DNA of 64,000 bases, taken from the NCBI GenBank assembly GCA_964035545.1, contig OZ037765.1:22753504-22817503 (forward strand). Reading direction: 5' to 3'. Below are positions 15,501 through 28,087 of this stretch, piece after piece. The translations under genes and the position numbers were made by a program. Origin of the DNA: Bugula neritina. Its lineage: Eukaryota; Animalia; Bryozoa. The notes below the pieces were generated by a model, which had not been told where the DNA came from, made no database searches, and saw only the letters and a list, made by a program, of their open reading frames with translations. How positions within the stretch are numbered: position 1 is the first letter of the stretch; the number at the start of each line of letters is the position of its first letter.

Positions 15501-17912
15501 CAACCAAAAAAATTAAGTAAATCACTTGCTAGATATTGACAGAATTTACTAACAAAAAACACAGGTTCCGATTCTCCTTTTTTCTCCTCTTCTTCAAGAG
15601 TTGTCTTGCACTTGGAACACACCCACAGCGACATCTACACAATATTGCAACATCGTGAGCACATTATAAACACGTAATACCTAACAACTGTGCAGAAATA
15701 GCATCAACAGTTTTAAGAATTATCTGAGAAGATAAAAAATCAGGTGAATTAAGACATGTCTAAGCAGTTCTAGAATCTGCCTTAGTTTTTACATTACAAA
15801 GTAAATTCTGCAGAGCTTTCAGCAAAATTTAGCATATGCTGATGAAAACACAGAGTTATATAACTTACCTTAGAAAGTGCATAGTTGTGAGGTCCAATCT
15901 TCAACTCTTCATCTTAAAATATACATCAACACTTAAGTTAGTTAGGGCTGTTACATACATTAGTTAGTTAAGGCTGGTATATACATTAGTTAGTTAGGGC
16001 ATTACAGCATGAAACTATTATGACACAAAACTGAAAGACTCAAATTTCAGAGAATTGCCTTGTAATGAAAGAAAATCGGCATTCAGTGAGTGCTACATTA
16101 TATCAATAATAACCTTCACTGTCGGATTCATCATCCACAGTTCTATTTCTCTGACAGAGTAAGCACTTCTCTCGGTTTAAGTAGGGGTTGCTAGCCAGGG
16201 CTTCTGGCTCAGGGCTGGCTGAATGGGGGAGATAACTATTTCCGAGTAAGCCTTTTTCATTAGACTATAACAACCAGAAAATTGGTATTAGTAGACATTT
16301 CATTTTATTTACAGTATTTTATAAGCAATAATAAAAACTGAAAGCTTCCCATGCAAAATAAAACTTTGATATGAACTGCAATTGCGTAGGAATTTAGAAA
16401 AATAAAGTATGTACTAAAAAAAAGATGATAAATTTATCATTAAGTTATAGGTTGAGCAGGACTACAACTATAAAACTAGTAAAAGAACATATGCATCAAC
16501 ACTACATTATTTTAATTTATTATCTTAAAATCTTTTCCAACAGCATTGTAAAAAAGCTTATGTATAGATAACTATTCGAGCTTGCACATGACATCTTTAG
16601 CAATAAAAAATGACATAATGCAATGCATAGTGTTTTAAAATAGAAAATTTACTTCCAGTTATTTGGGACTGAAGATGAGAAAATGTTAAAATGATGCTTT
16701 CAGATTATTGGTAGCAAATAAAAGTAAAAACCGATTGACTTCGATCACCAGTAGGTTACTACTAGCATTGCTGAGTGTTATGAATATTTACTTCGACTTC
16801 TACGGGATATATTTCAAGAAAAACCCAGAAGAAGAGGGTGGGTTAGAGATGCACTGTAGTTGGGCAATTACAGTTGCAAAAATACAAATAGCAATACCAG
16901 ACAAACCAGCAGTATAAATAATAAAATATAATTATTTCATGGAATGACTTCCTAACATCAACTCATTAGCTGTTAGTATTAGAAATTAGACAATGTTAGA
17001 TTAAATGCTAAACTAAAACACTAGTCCACAACTATAAGTTAGCCATGGTATTTTAATAACACTTAATCTTATACTAATAGTAATACTCATACTGATACTG
17101 ATAGAGTGATAGTGATTGCGATTGCCACTACTCATTCTCGAGCCTGAGTCTCACAGCCACCAGTTAAATGGAAGTTCATAGAACTTAGAAGTACTAATAC
17201 TACTATTAGTATTATAATTAGGTCTAGTAGAACATTTGTTTATTATCAGCCTATCAGTATCACTATCACTATGACTATCGATGTGATATTCATAATCATA
17301 ATGATTATACTTACACTTACAGTGCAACTGTAATTATAGCATTAGTAAATAACTAAATGTAATACTAATAGTAATGTAACACCAACAGACTAACAGTAAT
17401 AGTAATACTAATAGTTATACTTATAGTATAACTATAAATAATAACTATAACATCAACTGCCTTACTATAAGTATAACTATAACTATAAGTATTACTATTA
17501 ATAAAGAATACCTAATTAGTAGTTTTAGCAACTCTAAAAGCAACCACAATATAAATATTCTCTGAATTACTCAACTTCAACTTAGTAATAGTTGTACTTG
17601 TTTCAGTTACAATCTGAATCAGTTCACTCTGAACTTGAAGTCGCATGCACTTTGACTTACATTAACATTGTCATTTTGATTTTCTGTCGACTCTACGTTT
17701 ATTACCATTTTGGTATTGGTATCCGTCTTTGAGGCAGTTGCTGGTGAGTGGTTTTCTTGCACCAAAGAAATTACAGTCGAGTTTCCATTCGTTTTATCAC
17801 CAGGTGCTTTATCATGTTCATAAAGAGAGAGAAATTGGGTTAGAGGCTTTTGGGTTTGCTTTCCTTTTCTTGCTCTCTTTTTGTGTGCTTTTTTGTGTTC
17901 GTTTGTAGCCAT
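581..17912 (-). CDS. FAM193A: FAM193A-like protein, multi-exon (exon 1 17661-17912; last exon 581-680)
   Basis: Spliced exons encode FAM193 hallmark blocks: NPYLNREKCLLCQRNR (16114-16264), MSLWVCSKCKTTLEEEEK, CECEACKDR, CPCHEC..HL..CGI, YCDCCYCEFFGHG (~4844-4890), PTSKNYAEIRERLRSRLKKK, RDLSELLKYI, and C-terminal DDIFLPMD..KELNDFKRF (1072-1199 joined to 581-680). GT-AG junctions I checked keep frame; stop TGA at 581-583. Confidence 0.93.
1767..1829. repeat. 14-bp minisatellite, about 4.5 copies
   Basis: atattatattgtag / ctactatattgtag / atactatattgtag units. Confidence 0.9.
8070..8263. mobile_element. MITE (Tc1/mariner-pogo type), copy 1
   Basis: TA|cagtgctccctccgtatctcac ... gtgagatacagcgggaacactg|TA; internal sequence homologous to the reverse complement of 13357-13537. 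Confidence 0.88.
11139..11158 (+). repeat. Poly-G tract (G16-C-G3)
   Basis: Directly visible homopolymer in a FAM193 intron. Confidence 0.9.
13357..13537. mobile_element. MITE (same family as 8070-8263), copy 2, opposite orientation
   Basis: TA|cagtgcttcctctgtttctcac ... gtgagatatggagggagcactg|TA; its reverse complement shares gccattttgtc..ataagccacaaa.cggg.gtccaagc..gtgac.tat.gaatttc with copy 1. Confidence 0.88.
15936..16000. repeat. 26-bp tandem repeat, 2.5 copies
   Basis: agttagttagggctgttacatacatt / agttagttaaggctggtatatacatt / agttagttagggc. Confidence 0.85.
17000..17690. repeat. 6-nt-period '5 bp + C/G + 5 bp' mosaic array, FAM193 intron 1 / end of exon 1
   Basis: e.g. tatca-g-tatca-c-tatca-c-tatga-c (17252-17275), tataa-g-tataa-c-tataa-c-tataa-g (~17466-17489), tgata-c-tgata-g. 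Confidence 0.8.
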
Positions 17913-18354
17913 AGCTAATTACAATCGCATTAATAACCGGTGTAAAGAAAAGTAGAACGAGCTAGACTAAAAGTAAGCTGATGCTAGCATATGCCCTTTT
18001 TAAAAAATAAGGAGGGAACACCAGGTAGTTTTTAGGACATTTTACTAATACTTATAATAGCCATGAATGATGGCGTTACTATCCCACAATTCTATGCACT
18101 ATATAGCAACAGCTTAGCGTACGGTGTTTAGCCGGACATGCGCTAATTTATATATAATTTGTTGTTGTGCGGTTGCCCGTTTCAGACTACACACAAAAGT
18201 TGATCTCCAAAGCAAACCTGGGTATCCAAAATTTACCATTTGCTGGTACTGATTGAGTTTTACTGTTTTAAACGATTGCAGAAAACGCTTTAAGAAATCA
18301 TATAAAGATAGTTGCTTTTAGAGCCTTACTTCTAATCTTATAAGTAAATATGCT

Positions 18355-18590
18355 AAAATATTAATACTAATACTAATACTAAGACTAATAAGTAATAGGC
18401 AGTCCGCAGTAGTGGATTAAATATCATAGTCACTTACCCTTGGTCTTAGTGATACTGATAGTGATAGTCATAGACATAAGACTCTGCAATATCCAGTCCA
18501 TGAGTATGACTATGAGTATCAGTATGCTTATGGTAATGGGGCATGGGCTATGGGTATCAGACTCGGTATAAGTATAATTATGAAATAATA
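18355..18590. repeat. 6-nt-period mosaic array upstream of FAM193
   Basis: taata-c-taata-c-taata-c-taaga-c; tgata-c-tgata-g-tgata-g-tcata-g (18450-18473); tatga-c-tatga-g-tatca-g. Confidence 0.8.
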
Positions 18591-19358
18591 AAATTATATT
18601 TATTGATATTATATTACGTTGTAAAGGACAATTTTTTTTATTTTAGCATTTATATTATATATTATATATATATTTTGTATGCTAGATAAATTTGTCAGCT
18701 TTTAGATGTTATAATTCATGAAAAACACTAGGTAGCAAAGCACCTTGAATAGCACATTATATAACTTTTGGTGTGAGTGTTAATTTTTTAGGAGGAATAT
18801 TTATTCACCTGGTGACTGTGTAATATACTATAGTCACACTAAACACACATGTGAAACTATTTGTGAAAATAAATGTTTCGATGATGATACTAGTTTTCAG
18901 AGTTATAATATATTTTTATCTGCTAAGTCCAAAAACATAAAGGTAATAATTTTAGAATATGTAAGTTTACCAATTGAAATAGAATGTGATAAAAATGTAG
19001 ACAATAAATGTTTTATATATGGCAGGTATGTGTAATAAAATTGAAAGTATCTAATTAATATATAATATTACTAAAGTGTCTGAATCTAAATTTTTGTCTA
19101 AAACGATCAGTCTAAACCAAACTAAGCAGAAATCACAAGATGTCCTTAATGTTATACTCAACTTCTAATGCTGAGATTCAGGGATGAACTTGATCCCTCT
19201 TGTATAGAAGTACTAGGTATTTTATATTAAGTAAAGATAATTTGTTTGGCAAAAATCCTTTTAAACTTTAACACCAAGTTATAAAAATGTTGGAAGACGT
19301 ACAGCTATAGATTATTTGATTTAGTGACTTGAATAGATGGAAAAAATGCATTGTATTA

Positions 19359-22300
19359 TTAATTCATCCATGAATAGTCGGGATAAAATGACCTCCACTT
19401 TTCACAATCACTAACTGTCCACCGAGATGTAGGCTCTACTTTGTTACTACTTATATTATAGGTGGTGGGAAATTGTTGCCAGTCAGATATAGTACCATTG
19501 TAAATGAAATCTTTGATCACTTGTCTAAAGTCTGTTTTAGTTTTCTTATATCCTTTACGGTCATCAGCTGAATAGTGGAAAAGCATTGCAAAGTCTGTCC
19601 CATGCGTTGCTTCTTCACTGCCACCCAAATATTTATCAGATAAGGCTTGAGGTGTTTTAGCGGTCATCACATATCTAAATGCAAAAAATTTATACTGTAT
19701 GTAATAGATAACTATAAATCACAAATAAAGTTTGCACATTAAATTAAATCATCTCTCATGTAACAAATATAGTTTTAGATTTTCAAAATGTGGAATTTTA
19801 AATACTCAGTTTATATTTGTTGTGTGAGTGATTTTCATGTCAAAAATAACACTTTAAAAGAAAAAATCAATAATTTTCATATCATAAACCTGTAGACAGT
19901 TGAAGCTGATTGATTATTCTTCAACTCTTCAGCAATGAATGTCTGAGGGCATATGCTTCGTAGATCAGAAATAAGTTTTGCCATATGTAAACGAGGGTTG
20001 TTTCTCTAAAACGGTAGGACATAAAGCATGATGCATTGATTATATAGAAAGAGATATTAACAACAAACATTGCAATGTGCCAATGTCAAATAGTGCCAAC
20101 AAGAAAGCCATATGTGCTTTTAGGATGATAATACAATTTAAAAAAATGTTTGGTCAAAGTGTTCAGTGAAGTTTTCAAATAAACTGTTTCTTACATGTTC
20201 TGGTGCAAAATCACCAAGAATGTAATCAGAGTAACTGGTGTTGAAAGTGTCTAGGCGAGATCTTATGTAGTCAGAGTACACTCCCCATGTCCATGAAGAT
20301 ACTGGTACAACTTGATATCTATCACTTTCGTATTCATTATTACCTGTTATCACATAAAAGGAAAATATCTATACCTTACCAATACTGCAATCTATAGCTT
20401 TACTCATCAATCACCAAGAACAATTACAAGAAATACTCATCATTCTGACAAACATTACTTCAATTATAAGTAAAAAAATTATTTCAAATGAAATTTAAAC
20501 TTGAAACCTATATATTAAAAAATTGGGCCCAAAAACCTTTCTGGACTATTAAATGTAGCAACTTGAGTTATTTTACAAATTATATAAACCAATGAGTTTT
20601 TAGAAAAGATGCACATAACTTGTTCATCATTATCTCCATGAGAAAAATTAGGATTGGTTCAATTCTTGCATAATGTATCTCAAAAAATCAATTATTTATT
20701 GGGCATCAAATTCAGTGATAATATTGAAAAAATGTGCAACAGATAATGATAAATAGTGGGAATAAAAGTGATATTTACCTATTAAAATGGGAATCCCAAG
20801 ATCTTCAGCTTTTGAAAGAAAATCAGCTGGTGATTCTGCTAAAAGTGTTCCTAGAAACAGAGAAATATGGCTACACGTTTCTACATATAATACTTCACTT
20901 CAAATAAACATTTTACCACAAAAATAACAATTTGAGACTTGAAACATCACTGATTACTGTTGATAACTATTAGGACTAAACTAAACTATTTACCATCATT
21001 TATAAGTACTGCACCAATAAATTCATCCAATAGAGGGGGTAAAATAAGGGCTGTTGCTTCCCAGGAAGGATATTGTTTCCAAGGAATGGCATCAACAAGT
21101 TCTTCTTTTGTTTTGGATAGAAGACAGGCTCTTACATTAGCTTCATCTTTACAACCCGAATTTCTGTAGTGATACCGATATACAACAACTGTACAACATT
21201 GCATTTAGTTGAAAAGTCATCAAAATAAAGATACATAATCAAACATGAAGCAGTCTGTAATTATATAGCAGTGAGTAAATTTTGTATAGATGCAGAACAG
21301 CTGACAATTCCACATAATTATAAATTATATTTTAGCTTGCAAGTGCTTTTAAACAATAATTATATTAAAGAACAATACCTTAAAAAGGTTTTGGCATTTG
21401 CATCGTAAGTTTCAGTTTTGTCACCATCAAATTTAGATGAAGCTCCACTGACCCATACTCTGTGGAACAGATTTCTAGCATTAGGACTAGAAAGTAATGC
21501 CAGAGCACTCGTTCCACCTGAGCTTAAGCCAGCTATGGTAACCTGTTACAGTTGAAAATTGATAAAAGTAAATTATACCGTATAACAAAATATATTTAAT
21601 AATTTGCATAATGTTACATAATTACCCTAAGAACTTAGTTACCAATTCAACTAGTGCAAACTTTAAATATATAATATATGCTATGTTGGCTAATTTTTGC
21701 AGCTATAATTTAAGAGGACAAAATAGATTTATTCACAGCAATGAAACAAAGTATAAAAAAAGACTATTAGGCTTTTTTCAATCTGTAATGAGATCTAATA
21801 ACCCTACAATTTTTCAGTTCAAAACAAACACATTTTATGTAAATATAAAATACCACACAATTATAAAAACCCATTTTTAGAAGTTGGTTGGTGTTTAGTA
21901 GGCAAAATGGTGCTCCTATATCACTTTTTATGTAAATAGCTGTTACGTGAGTTGAGCTGTACTAAATTAGATAGGAACAACTCCTTAAAGGCAAAATTTA
22001 TGGCCCCTCTACACCTCAAAAATATATGCATAACGAGTACTAAACGTCAAAATTGAGCACTACCTAATTCTTAAATAAGCTTACCTTATTTGGATTACCA
22101 CCAAAAGTAGCTATGTATTCATTCACGTAGGTTAAAGCAGCAATTTGATCAGATAGCCCATAATTTCCAGATAAGCTGTTATCAGTTTCTAACTCCTACA
22201 AAAACATTGCCATACAATCAATGTAATTGCTCAGCATCTAGTTCAAAATGGATGAGTAAAGATAAATTACTATAAGCAAACTGGTATTAATGGCCAAACT

Positions 22301-25300
22301 TTAACCTCACAACAATTTCACAAAATACAGTGAAATTATTGAAGATAGTGAACATCTATTGTGCAAGACATTTTACAGAAAGTGAAAGCAAAAATTGTAG
22401 CCTATACAGTATCAATATTACACTGAATATACACTGATCATTAGCTTCTGAGAAAATAACTCTACGTAGTCATAAAATTATTTTGGTAGCAATATAACAA
22501 CCTTTAATGCCAACCATCCAAATATATTGAGTCTGTAGTTGAAGCTGACTATAACAGCATTTAATTCTAGTGCCAGCAAATGTGCAGATTCAGCAAATAG
22601 CTCTTCATGTCCAGATCCAAAATGAAGGAACCCACCATGTATGTACACCAAAACTGGCAGCCCTTCCTCATCTTGCCTGTAGAATAAAACTTACAACTTA
22701 CAAGATAATATTTTCAGAACAATTAACTAGCTATATAGGAAGCCTGTGCGAATTTAGAATTTCAGTAAGTTTTTCTGTTAGCAAATTTTAGGCTGTCGCT
22801 TCTTTAAAGAAAGAAAAACAGTGCAGTTAGTATTAAAAATTATCTGCAAAATAGCTTGAAAGTGTAAAGGATCCATAAATAAACAAAATATTTTTGACTT
22901 AGTTGGGCGTAATGTTGAAAATAAATCGTGGAATGGCTACATTATGCACTGAACAATAATGATAAACAGAATGATGATTATTTTGTGGCTATTCTTTGCT
23001 AATGACCCTATTAGCAAAGCAGTTGCTAATCAAAAAAAATCCAATTCTAGCAACCTTGAACTTAGAAGTTATCCAAATGAAAGCAGCAGCTCATAATTTG
23101 ACGAGAGTAAAAACCTATATCAATCTTATTATCTAGATTCTAGTCATTCTAGCGTGTTATTCTTCCAGCCCTAAAATGACCCATCCATAAATTGTATATA
23201 TCAGACTAGATAACAATGCAGCCATTTACTTGTGTGCCATTAGGCACAAAAATTGACTCTGGCAGGAATTCGTTTTGCAAACTCTTACACCCATAAGATC
23301 ACTAAATTATGGACCCATATGGCTATTTTCCTGATTTCGTTAGTAATCAGAGTTCTAAACTCGAAGGTCAGTTATATTAATAATAAGAGATCTGCATTAT
23401 ATTAATTATATTATAAAAAAAATTCAAATACAATTACAATTATTACAAGAACGGATACATACGGAATAGAGTCGGGGCCCAGATTGGGAGTCCACACATT
23501 CATGTAGAGACAGTCTTCTGAGCCAAGATAGGTCTGGTTAGTACCAGGAACCTCATTCAGCTGAAAACAAGGTCCTCTAAATGCAGAGGTTTTCTCTATG
23601 TCTGGACAGTTGTCAACAGTTTCTATGGTTGGGTTGTATGACCAGCGATTGTTACCTATTGGTGGTGGTGCATAAGGAATACCCTACAAATAATAAATTT
23701 ATAGTGCGTATATTTGTGTTATATTGAAGACAAAACTACATTTGTGGAGACTATGAGATTTAGTTTAGCAGAATATCTAGTCTAGCATAGGCAAACCCAA
23801 ATGCTGAAAGGAAATTGCAATTTTTCACGAGCTGCGCTACTAATTGGTGCTTCTTAGCCATGCCAAAAACTTAAGAAAACCTTCCATATTTGTCATAGGT
23901 TACTAGGACTACTCATTGATAGGAGCACCTGGTGTGAGTTACATTGCAATAAACACAGCGTAGCTTAGTCTATCTGTACTTGATACTGAAGCCAACACCT
24001 CACCTTAAAAATGGCAACTGAATGGTTGGGAGTCCACGTTTTGTTCTTCAGTGCCCAGCTACCATACACTGTACCACATTTTAGATTAGCAGCAAAAGCC
24101 TCAACATATGAAGTTGGTTCAGGTGGGAGGGGTGCAGCGCGTCTCTTCACTGACACGCTGACTATGATTATAATGAGAATCACCAACACTATGGCAATTA
24201 CACCTAGCAGTATCCACTTTTTATTCATAATGTAATCCAGTCCAAATTTATTTTTGGGCTAAAACAAAACAAAAGCAAGATATAGTAAAATAATTTCTCA
24301 GCAATTCAGGGCAATATCAGGATAACTGTCATATGATTGAGGACAATAAGAAATCTCCTGTGTATATTATAATTTAAAATCTTGGTAAAAAACTTGCTAA
24401 AAAACATATGAATACAAAACATGCTGTAGTTTTATTATTGCTGCGCTAGTAACTAACTAACTAGAACTAATATAGAAAATTACACTAAATACATAAAGCT
24501 GTCTTAATTGTTAACTAAACAAAAGTATGCACTCCTAGAAAAGAAATTTTAACAAAGTTGCTTTTGTTTTAAATAATAATTAAAGTTCAAAATGAAAGGG
24601 CAATGCTGTAAGATATAAATTACAATAGTTAGCTAATACCTGACTTGGGCAACTAGTAGCACTGTGACATTCATTAATTACAATTTACAAGACCCTGCAC
24701 TTCAGAAATTACGAAAACAATACAATACCATTAGTTCCTTGAACCATTGCTATTGTTGACTTAGAAAACAGTTAAAGATTAGCACAGCAAGCAATAATAT
24801 AGTATAACATATGAAGTAATACAGTACAATAAATTAAGTAATACATATAACAAGTATTATAGCACATTATTATACTGCAGTATATTATATGAAGTACTAC
24901 AGTATATTATATGGAGTACTACAGTATATTATATGGAGTATCACAGTATATTATATCCATCGATATTTCATACCAAAAATTAAGCACTTCAAGTAAAGTA
25001 AATCGTTCAAATTACACTCAAACAACTTAGACAACCTTCAACGCGACATAACAAGAAGGTGGACAAGCAACGCACCGTTGCAGTGCTCTGTTGTGCAGGC
25101 AGCAGGGGGGCTGTCGTTGCACCATAAGGCTTATGTTCTATTTCATCAGCTTGCTGGCCTTGGTCGGACTGACTCAACAAGGGTTCTGGTTCAGAAGGTT
25201 TAAACTCTATAGAAGCATCACCACTTTCTGGAGCTGGCAACGCTGCCTCTACATCAGCCGAGTCTTCAGAACGAGAAGTTAGAAGGGGAGGTCCTTCTTT

Positions 25301-27734
25301 AGACCGCATAGATTTTAGTCTTGGGGGTTTCACAGGCTATCCAAAACATTTCATGAAACAATTTTAAGATTCAATACAACATAATAAGATGTTTCTTAAT
25401 CTGTCATTTAACTGTCCATAAAAATCTTGAGAAATCTAAGCCATTAAAACTAATTATTATATTCTTCGATAGCCAAGAGCAAAAATAAGTTGGTTGGGAC
25501 TATAATTTATAGCCCAGTTTATGTCAGACAATCTTCTAGAAATACCAAGAGGGTGTAGATTACAGTTTGTTAACACTTACACCCCATAGCTTATACAATT
25601 GTATGTTTATGTAAGAGTATTGCAGAAGTAGACATCAAAAGGCAATAACAGGATTGTTATACAAAACAACACAGGCAAGAAAATTGACTTGAAGCTATGC
25701 AAGATTTTGCAGGTAAATCACATGGCATAATCAGCATTTATGCTCTCGCTGTGTAGTAATTCAGTTTCAAAAGAAGACCTCAAATGAGTTAAAACTATTT
25801 TGAAAAAATTACAGCATTGCTACATGTGCAGTATATAACTTGACTGTCAAAATAATATGAATTTCAATATCTAATTCATTATTCCACTCCATTATCTGCT
25901 AGTTTTCCATTTGACAAGCTTTGAAAACTGCCAATTTTGAGCTAGTCTAAATAAAATAACTTATTGCATAAAAGCCTCTAGTCTGTACATTGTTATTGTT
26001 ATCATGCTGTAAAATTCAAGAACTTAATACCTAAGCTATGGAAATGAGTCTAGCTGGGAAATGCAGCACATAACTACTGTGAAGTGTAATACAAATGTAT
26101 CACGAAATGTTTAGCAACCGCGGCAGTAATGAAGAGGTACTATCTCATATTCACACTAATAATTTAGACACCTTTGATGAATTCTTCACCTGAGCAGTTT
26201 TTAGCATGACTTGTTAAGCCATATACTGGTTTACATGCACGTCTAGCAGCGATTAGTAGATTAGTATGCAACGAGCTGTGCATTTGCAGTCTCACATTGC
26301 TTATCATTTAGAGCTAACCTATTTCCAAATATTTACATACAAAGTCAAAAAGATTATGGCAAATAAGGAAAGAATGAGAAGCAGAGAAGTTACCCTGACC
26401 CAAGTACCAGCAGAAGTAGCCACTACCACAGCTTACAGCCACCACCGGAGCAAACACTACTCTAAGCTAGTACCTTGGGGCCTGTTGGACCGGTGGAAAG
26501 TGTAGAGTTAGACCTGCTTACATGACTGTCTGCACCATGAGACCCTGGCTCTGATTGGTCGTCAGTGACTTCCTTAGACTCGGGTTGTGGGGAGGCTGGT
26601 TGCTCAGGGACCAGATTCTGGCCATCCTCCATCTGGTCACTGTCTTGGGGAGGCACAACAGTGACTACTGGCACACCATCTGTGGGATGCTGATATGAAC
26701 AATAACTATATTAATCAACAGGAGTGGAGAGTTTATATTCATAGGCCTGCACTCGTTTTACATAATAATAGTCTAGTAATAAATTTTGCTAGGAACACTC
26801 CATACATGGTGTGTAAAGTATGTACCCTGCATGCATAGGTGTTTTTATGTAAATGAAATCAAACTGTGCCAAGATACTTCAAATTTGTTGAGCCAAAAGA
26901 CAACTTTCAGTCCTATTGTTGAGTGTATAGACTGGTTTAGTAATCCATTGTGTACTACAGAACTGAAACTTTCTTTAACAAAAGAGTAAGTAGAAAAGAT
27001 AATACCATTTGTACAGCTCTGCAACTGATGGCGAGTGGAAAATTTTATCAGTTGAGTGCACTGGGTGAAGTAGGATAAGTTACAATCTAGATAACTGACT
27101 AAGAAATATCAGTGGTTGCATGTAAATTTCACACAGGAAAAAGCTCCTTTTACTCTATGCAAATTTCATTTGCATTTCTCCATGATTTGTTGGATTATTT
27201 CCAATGCTACATATTTACTAAACTGTCCAGTATCTGTATCTATGATTGAGTGACCATAGAAATGTTGAGCATCCACTCCCTTTGATGAGTGTAGTGGCTT
27301 ACCAACTAGTATTTTCAAGTAGTTTTTGTAAATTTAGTTCCTTGACATGAGTTTTTCAATTTATGTTAGCTGATGTTACAGTAATCAATGAATTATACAA
27401 ATGAGATGAAGTATGCAAAGTTTGACTATTTTCGGCATGGAAAAATTACTTTTCTTCCTCCTGTAGCTAAGATAAAACTCACGTTTTTCAATGTTTCAAA
27501 GCCAAGTAGGCTTCACAGTGATGGTTGCAAAGTGGAGCCAAAACATGCTTTGCAATGGCCAGTGGACATGCACTACTAGTCGTAATGTATGGGAGAGTGC
27601 ATATGGCTGTTGAGTATGCACAGTATTACAAAGAATATAGCACATACCTGGGTAGTCTCTGGTGTTGGAGATGTGGTGTCATCATCTACAGATTCAAGTC
27701 CTAGCATCAACTTAGTGTCATCTGTCTCAGCCAT
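19359..27734 (-). CDS. Type-B carboxylesterase/cholinesterase-family protein, type II membrane topology (neurotactin-like architecture)
   Basis: Acidic/Pro-rich N-terminal exons (27648-27734, 26474-26690, ~25075-25338), TM helix WILLGVIAIVLVILIIIIVSVSV (~24150-24216), then GIPYAPPPIGNNRW, EDCLYMNVWTP, VYIHGGFLHFGSG, SFNYRLNIFGWL, GNYGLSDQIAAL..FGGNPNKVTIAGLSSGG, GNNEYE, THGTDF, ending YSWMN* at 19359. Confidence 0.9.
24878..24956. repeat. 22-bp minisatellite, about 3.6 copies
   Basis: cagtatattatatg(a/g)agtacta units. Confidence 0.9.
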
Positions 27735-28004
27735 ATTCTTTAGTTCATTACATCAACTAAACCCTCTACAATACCATATAACTTCCATGAGACATTATGT
27801 AAAACTTAAAAATAGCAGCTTGTGATAAATTCACTGGACTGATTTTGCCTTCACTTTAAAGATAGAAAAAATAAAAGTCACACGTCTTATAGGTGATGTT
27901 TTATACTGCATAGCTAGTATATTGTTACCAGCATGTAAGAACATTTCCATGCATATTTTGTGTCATGCATACAAGTCCTAACAGACGTAGATTTACTAGT
28001 GAAG

Positions 28005-28006
<2 letters not shown>

Positions 28007-28080
<74 letters not shown>
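28007..28080. repeat. (TA)n microsatellite, about 37 units
   Basis: Uninterrupted TA run. Confidence 0.98.
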
Positions 28081-28087
<7 letters not shown>

